Assembly: GCA_963836075.1 (NCBI GenBank)
Contig: CAWIIB010000008.1
Location: 160,001 to 224,000, forward strand
Origin: an uncultured Acidobacteriota bacterium
GTDB taxonomy: Bacteria; Acidobacteriota; JAQAZP01
Direction: 5' to 3'
Length of the DNA: 64,000 nt
The notes below the pieces were generated by a model that searched no databases, was not told where the DNA came from, and saw nothing but the letters and a program-made list of their open reading frames with translations. The translations under genes were made by a program, and so were the position numbers. This document shows, piece after piece, positions 59,690 through 64,000 of this stretch (position 1 is the stretch's first letter; each line of letters opens with the position of its first letter).

Positions 59690-62119
59690 TCACCCCCGGA
59701 TGGCCCAACCGGCATTGGCCACCGCCCGCAGAATGGCTTCGTGGAGTTTGGCGGCCTGTTTCTGGTCGAGGGTTTTCTTGTCCGAGCGGCAGAGGATGCT
59801 GAAAGAGAGGCTCTTCATCCCCTCGTCCAGTTGTGCGCCGCGGTAGGTATCGGTCAGCTTCACCTCCCGGATCAGCTTGGGGTTGGCCTCGCAGATCGCC
59901 TGCTCCACTGCCCGCACTTCGGTGTGCAGCGGCACCACCACGCTGAGGTCGAACCCGACCCCGGGGTAGCGGGGCAGTGCGGTGTAGGCCGGTTCTTCCC
60001 GCCGGGCCTCCAGCAGGGTGTCCAGGTCGAGGTCGAACAGGCCGGCGGCCCCGCGCAGACCCAGTGCCCGGGCGGCCGCCGGACGGATCTCGCCGAAGGT
60101 GCCGAGCAGGGTGCCGTCCTGGATCCACCGGGCGTGGTGCCCGGGGTGCACCCAGGGCGGCGGATCGTCATCGTCCAGCCGGGCCGGGTCCGGGCGGTCC
60201 AGGCGGAGCCGCTCAGCCAGGTCCTCGATCACCCCCTTGACCCGCAGGAATGCCTCCTCGTCGTTCCCGTCGCAGCCGGTGCCGTACACCACACCGCAGA
60301 GGCGGCGGTTTTCCCGGGGCAGGTGCCCCCCGGCCCCGTCGTCCAGTCCGGGCGATTCGGGGAGATGGACCCGGCCCACTTCGTACAGGGCAAAGTCAGA
60401 GCAGGTGTTGACGTTCCGGGCCACCGCCTGCAGCAGTCCGGGAACCAGGCTGCGGCGCAGGCTGGTCTCCTCGCTGGACAACGGGTTGGCCAGCTCCAGG
60501 TGTCCCTCCAGGGGCAGCCCCAGGGTGGCAGCCGTGTCCCGGCGGGTGAAGGAATAGCCGTAGACCTCTGTGAAGCCCAGCTCCAGGGAGAGGATGTCCC
60601 GCAGTTCGTTCTCCAGGTCCTTTTCCGGGGGCGTGGTGGGCGGCAGCATGCTCACTTCGGGCACGGCCGGGGGGATGTTGTCGTAGCCGAAGATGCGGCC
60701 CACCTCCTCCACCAGGTCCTCAGGGATGCTGATGTCCTTGGTGGCCCGGAAGGTGGGGACCTCCACGTCCCAGCCCCCGTCCGATGCGGTGAGGCCGAAG
60801 GAGAGGCTGGTGAGAATCGCCTGGGCCCGTTCGGCCGGCAGGTCGAGGCCCAGACGGCGGGTGACGAAGCCGTGGTCGAGATGGATGCTCACCGTTTTCC
60901 GCTGGTGGTGGTCCTCGTCGTAGAGCGGGGAAACCTGCCGGGCGCCGGGGATCAGCTGCCGGGCCAGCTGGAGGAAACGTCGGGCCGCCACCGGCGGCAG
61001 CTCGGGGTCGAGGCTTTTTTCGAAGCGCATCACCGCCTCGGTGCGAAACCCCAGGGCCGCTGAGGTGCGCCGGACGCTGATCGGGTGGAAGTTGGCCGAC
61101 TCCAATACCATGGATGCGGTGATGCCGGTGACCTCGCTATTGGCCCCGCCCATCACACCGGCGATGGCGATCGGTTTCTCGCGGTCGGCGATGACCAGCA
61201 TCTCTTCGGTCAGGGTCCGCTCCACGTCGTCGAGGGTGACGATTTTCTCTCCGGCTTTCGCACGGCGGATCAGGATCGTGGACCCGCCCACCAGAGTCAG
61301 GTCAAAGGCGTGGAGCGGGTTGCCCAGCTCGAGCATCACGTAGTTGGTGATGTCCACCACGTTGTTCAGCGCCCGCACGCCCACCGCTTCCAGCCGCCGG
61401 GCCATCCAGGCCGGTGAGGGGCCGATGGCCAGACCATCCAGCACCGCGGCGCAGTACCGGGGGCAGAGGTCCGGGTCGAGGGTCTTTACCTCAAGGGAGG
61501 TGGTTTCCAATTCGGGCCGGGAGAGGGCGGAGTCGTTCCCGGGCATGGCGGCCAGCTCGCGACCGGTGATGGCGGCCACCTCCCGGGCGATGCCGTAGTG
61601 CGACCAGAGGTCCGGCCGGTGGGTCAGCGATTTGTTGTCGATCTCCAGCACGTGGTCCAGCAGGCCCAGGGCCCGGGGAAGCTCCACCCCGGGTTCGGTT
61701 CCCTCCTCGAGAACCATGATCCCGTCTCCGCCGGGGCCGAGGCCCAGCTCCCGTTCGGAGCAGATCATGCCCACGCTTTTTTCCCCGCGGATCTTGCCCT
61801 TCTTGATCTTCGTCCCGTCGGGCAGGTGACCGCCGGCCCGGGCCAGCGGCACGGTCTGTCCCTCGGCCAGGTTCGGGGCGCCGCAGACCACCCGCTTCTC
61901 GGTCTCGCCGTCAAAGACGTCGGCCAGTACCAGCTTTTCTGCGTTGGGGTGCGGAATGACCCGCAGAACTTTCGCGGTGACCACGCCGTCCATGCCGCCG
62001 CCCACCTGCTCAATGCCCTCAACCTCGGCAGTGGACATGGTGAGCCGGTCAGCCAGTTCCGCCGGGTCGATACCGCTGAGGTCAACGTATTCGGCGAGCC
62101 AGTCGAGGGATATTTTCAT
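59690..62119 (-). CDS. pheT: Phenylalanine--tRNA ligase beta subunit
   Basis: [56 protein letters not shown]. Confidence 0.97.
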   Translation of the reverse strand: MKISLDWLAEYVDLSGIDPAELADRLTMSTAEVEGIEQVGGGMDGVVTAKVLRVIPHPNAEKLVLADVFDGETEKRVVCGAPNLAEGQTVPLARAGGHLPDGTKIKKGKIRGEKSVGMICSERELGLGPGGDGIMVLEEGTEPGVELPRALGLLDHVLEIDNKSLTHRPDLWSHYGIAREVAAITGRELAAMPGNDSALSRPELETTSLEVKTLDPDLCPRYCAAVLDGLAIGPSPAWMARRLEAVGVRALNNVVDITNYVMLELGNPLHAFDLTLVGGSTILIRRAKAGEKIVTLDDVERTLTEEMLVIADREKPIAIAGVMGGANSEVTGITASMVLESANFHPISVRRTSAALGFRTEAVMRFEKSLDPELPPVAARRFLQLARQLIPGARQVSPLYDEDHHQRKTVSIHLDHGFVTRRLGLDLPAERAQAILTSLSFGLTASDGGWDVEVPTFRATKDISIPEDLVEEVGRIFGYDNIPPAVPEVSMLPPTTPPEKDLENELRDILSLELGFTEVYGYSFTRRDTAATLGLPLEGHLELANPLSSEETSLRRSLVPGLLQAVARNVNTCSDFALYEVGRVHLPESPGLDDGAGGHLPRENRRLCGVVYGTGCDGNDEEAFLRVKGVIEDLAERLRLDRPDPARLDDDDPPPWVHPGHHARWIQDGTLLGTFGEIRPAAARALGLRGAAGLFDLDLDTLLEARREEPAYTALPRYPGVGFDLSVVVPLHTEVRAVEQAICEANPKLIREVKLTDTYRGAQLDEGMKSLSFSILCRSDKKTLDQKQAAKLHEAILRAVANAGWAIRG

Positions 62120-62130
62120 CGCCGTTCACC

Positions 62131-63186
62131 TCAAAACTGTTCCAGGAAGCGGAGGTCACCGCCCGAAAGCAGGCGGATGTCGTTGATGCCGTAGAGCAAC
62201 ATGGTCAGCCTGGTGAGTCCCAGACCGAATGCGAAGCCCGACCAGAGGTCGGGATCGATGCCCCCGTGGCGCAGCACGTTGGGGTGCACCAGGCCGCAGG
62301 GCAGCACTTCCACCCAGCCGGTCTGCTTGCAGACGCTGCAGCCCTTGCCGTCGCAGAACAGACAGTGCATGTCCAGTTCAAAGCCCGGCTCCACAAAGGG
62401 GAAGTAGCCGGGGCGCAGGCGGATCTTCACGTCGTCGCGGCCGAAGACCAGTTGCAGCAAAGTTTTCATCGAGTAGATCAGGTGGGCCACCGAGATGTCG
62501 CGGCCGATCATCAGCCCCTCGCACTGGTAGAAAATGCTGTCATGGGATGCATCGGTGGCCTCGTAGCGGAAGCAGCGCCCGGGGGCGATGGCCTTGAACG
62601 GCGGCACGAAGCGATTCATCGCCCGTATTTGCACCGGCGAGGTGTGGGTGCGCAGCAGGTTGCCGTCCTTGAGCCAGAAGGTGTCCTGCATGTCCCGGGC
62701 CGGGTGGTCGGCCGGGATGTTCAGCGCCTCGAAATTGTAGAATTCCGACTCCACCTCGGGACCGTCCAGGACGTGGAAGCCGAGGGAGCCGAAAATCGCC
62801 TCCAGCTTGCGGGAGACGGTGGTAATCGGGTGCAGGTGGCCCCGGCGCGCCCGGCGGCCCGGTGCGCTGATGTCGAGCCAGGCCGAGTCGCTGCCCAGGG
62901 AAGCGTCTTCATCCGATTCAATCCGGGCCAGGCGCGCCTCGATGGCCGCTTCCAGATCTTTCTTGTTCCGGTTCAGAGCCTTGCCCGCCTCGGCCCGTGC
63001 CTCGGGCGGCAGGTCGGCCATGGAGCGCAGCAGGCGGGTCAGCACACCCTTGCGACCCAGGTATGTCACCCGCAGTTCTTCGACCTCGGCGCGGGTCCTG
63101 GCCTGGTGCACCTCTCGTACCACCTCTTCCCGGCGGAACTCGGCAAAGCGGGTGAGAATCAGGTCTCGAATCTCGTTCTGGTCCAT
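62131..63186 (-). CDS. pheS: Phenylalanine--tRNA ligase alpha subunit
   Basis: GHLHP, HPARDMQDTF, LRTHTSPVQ, YFPFVEP, GFAFGLG. Confidence 0.98.
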   Translation of the reverse strand: MDQNEIRDLILTRFAEFRREEVVREVHQARTRAEVEELRVTYLGRKGVLTRLLRSMADLPPEARAEAGKALNRNKKDLEAAIEARLARIESDEDASLGSDSAWLDISAPGRRARRGHLHPITTVSRKLEAIFGSLGFHVLDGPEVESEFYNFEALNIPADHPARDMQDTFWLKDGNLLRTHTSPVQIRAMNRFVPPFKAIAPGRCFRYEATDASHDSIFYQCEGLMIGRDISVAHLIYSMKTLLQLVFGRDDVKIRLRPGYFPFVEPGFELDMHCLFCDGKGCSVCKQTGWVEVLPCGLVHPNVLRHGGIDPDLWSGFAFGLGLTRLTMLLYGINDIRLLSGGDLRFLEQF

Positions 63187-63212
63187 GACAACTCCTTGGC
63201 AAGTGGCTGAAA

Positions 63213-63241
63213 ATACTACAAGGTCGGCCGATTGCTGTCAA
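63213..63241 (-). promoter_or_regulatory. sigma70 promoter of pheST
   Basis: TTGACA-17 bp-TAGTAT. Confidence 0.6.
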
Positions 63242-63401
63242 GAAAGGGGACCCTCTTTGCCAGCGGGTCGGTTTTTGGATAGAATGCGATATCTTGCTGA
63301 AGATCGTTGTGTGATCATCCTTTGATTTCCGGCGGCGGGACCAGCCTTTTCCTCTGCCGCAGGATCACTGTGTGCCCCGGTAAATTCGCACGAGGCGTCC
63401 C

Positions 63402-64000
63402 ATGACTGAAAAAACTGCGGCCCCATGGGTTGGCCGCCTGGGTTCCATCGGCAAGTTCCTGCTGATCTGCCTGGCTCTCAACTTTTTCTTTGTCAGTATC
63501 AAACTGCTGGGTGCTTTCAAAGATCTCGGGTCGGGCTACGGTGAGGAGCTTATCATCCAGCTGGCCAGCAACCCCTTGATCGGCCTGTTGATCGGCGTGC
63601 TGGTCACCAGCATCGCCCAGAGTTCCTCCATGACCACCTCGCTGGTGGTGGGCCTGGCCGCGGCCGGGGCTCTGGGAAACGAGCCCCTGCTGGTCCTCTC
63701 CCGGGCCGTTCCGATCATTCTCGGGGCCAACGTGGGCACCACGATCACCAACATGATCGTCTCCATCGCCCACATCGGCAACAAGCGGGAGTTCGAACGG
63801 GCTTTCTCCGCCGCGGTGGTCCACGATTTCTTCAACCTGCTGGCGATCTTTGTTATCTTCCCCATCCAGGCATTGACCAATTTTCTCGGGCACGCGTCGC
63901 TGTGGTTGGCGCGGCTTTTCGTCCACACCGGGGGTGACACGTTTCCCAGCCCGCTCAAGGCGCTGATTGACCCGCAGAAGAAGTTTCTGATCAAGGTATT
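63402..64000 (+). CDS. Na/Pi cotransporter (NptA/SLC34-like), 3' truncated by window
   Basis: Manual translation MTEKTAAPW...; QSSSMTTS, GANVGTTIT, VHDFFN; open to the window end. Confidence 0.9.
   Translation, partial: MTEKTAAPWVGRLGSIGKFLLICLALNFFFVSIKLLGAFKDLGSGYGEELIIQLASNPLIGLLIGVLVTSIAQSSSMTTSLVVGLAAAGALGNEPLLVLSRAVPIILGANVGTTITNMIVSIAHIGNKREFERAFSAAVVHDFFNLLAIFVIFPIQALTNFLGHASLWLARLFVHTGGDTFPSPLKALIDPQKKFLIKV

Overview
High-GC bacterial chromosomal window. The mraZ and pheT styles and a dcw cluster lacking murB/ddl suggest an Acidobacteriota-like lineage (inference only). In order: (1) 1-12.6 kb mixed housekeeping genes (class V aminotransferase, murA, HIT, ferredoxins, B12 radical SAM fusion, tmk-pgeF-proline dehydrogenase, thermonuclease). 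(2) 12.8-20.0 kb two large, unrelated secreted proteins, a gingipain-type C25 protease and a repeat protein, ending in the same ~110-aa C-terminal domain; this is a candidate undescribed sorting/anchoring domain. (3) 20.1-32.4 kb tailoring cluster with three B12-dependent radical SAMs, a SPASM-type radical SAM, a carbamoyltransferase, an SGNH protein, two GT4s and a methyltransferase, bracketed by SxtK/DUF5989-like and SxtJ-like micro-proteins. (4) 34.6-52.6 kb dcw cluster on the minus strand, headed by two divergent mraZ paralogues, each with its own promoter and a different 10-bp-periodic repeat array, plus a STAS gene and an internal promoter before murG. (5) 52.7-59.6 kb AlkP-TPR gene divergent from an AT-richer double-XRE / TPR / secreted protein / LysM-M23 block. 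(6) pheST and the start of a Na/Pi cotransporter. Single-base frameshifts in three genes, including essential murF, indicate probable sequencing indels. No rRNA, tRNA, CRISPR array or transposase was recognised.
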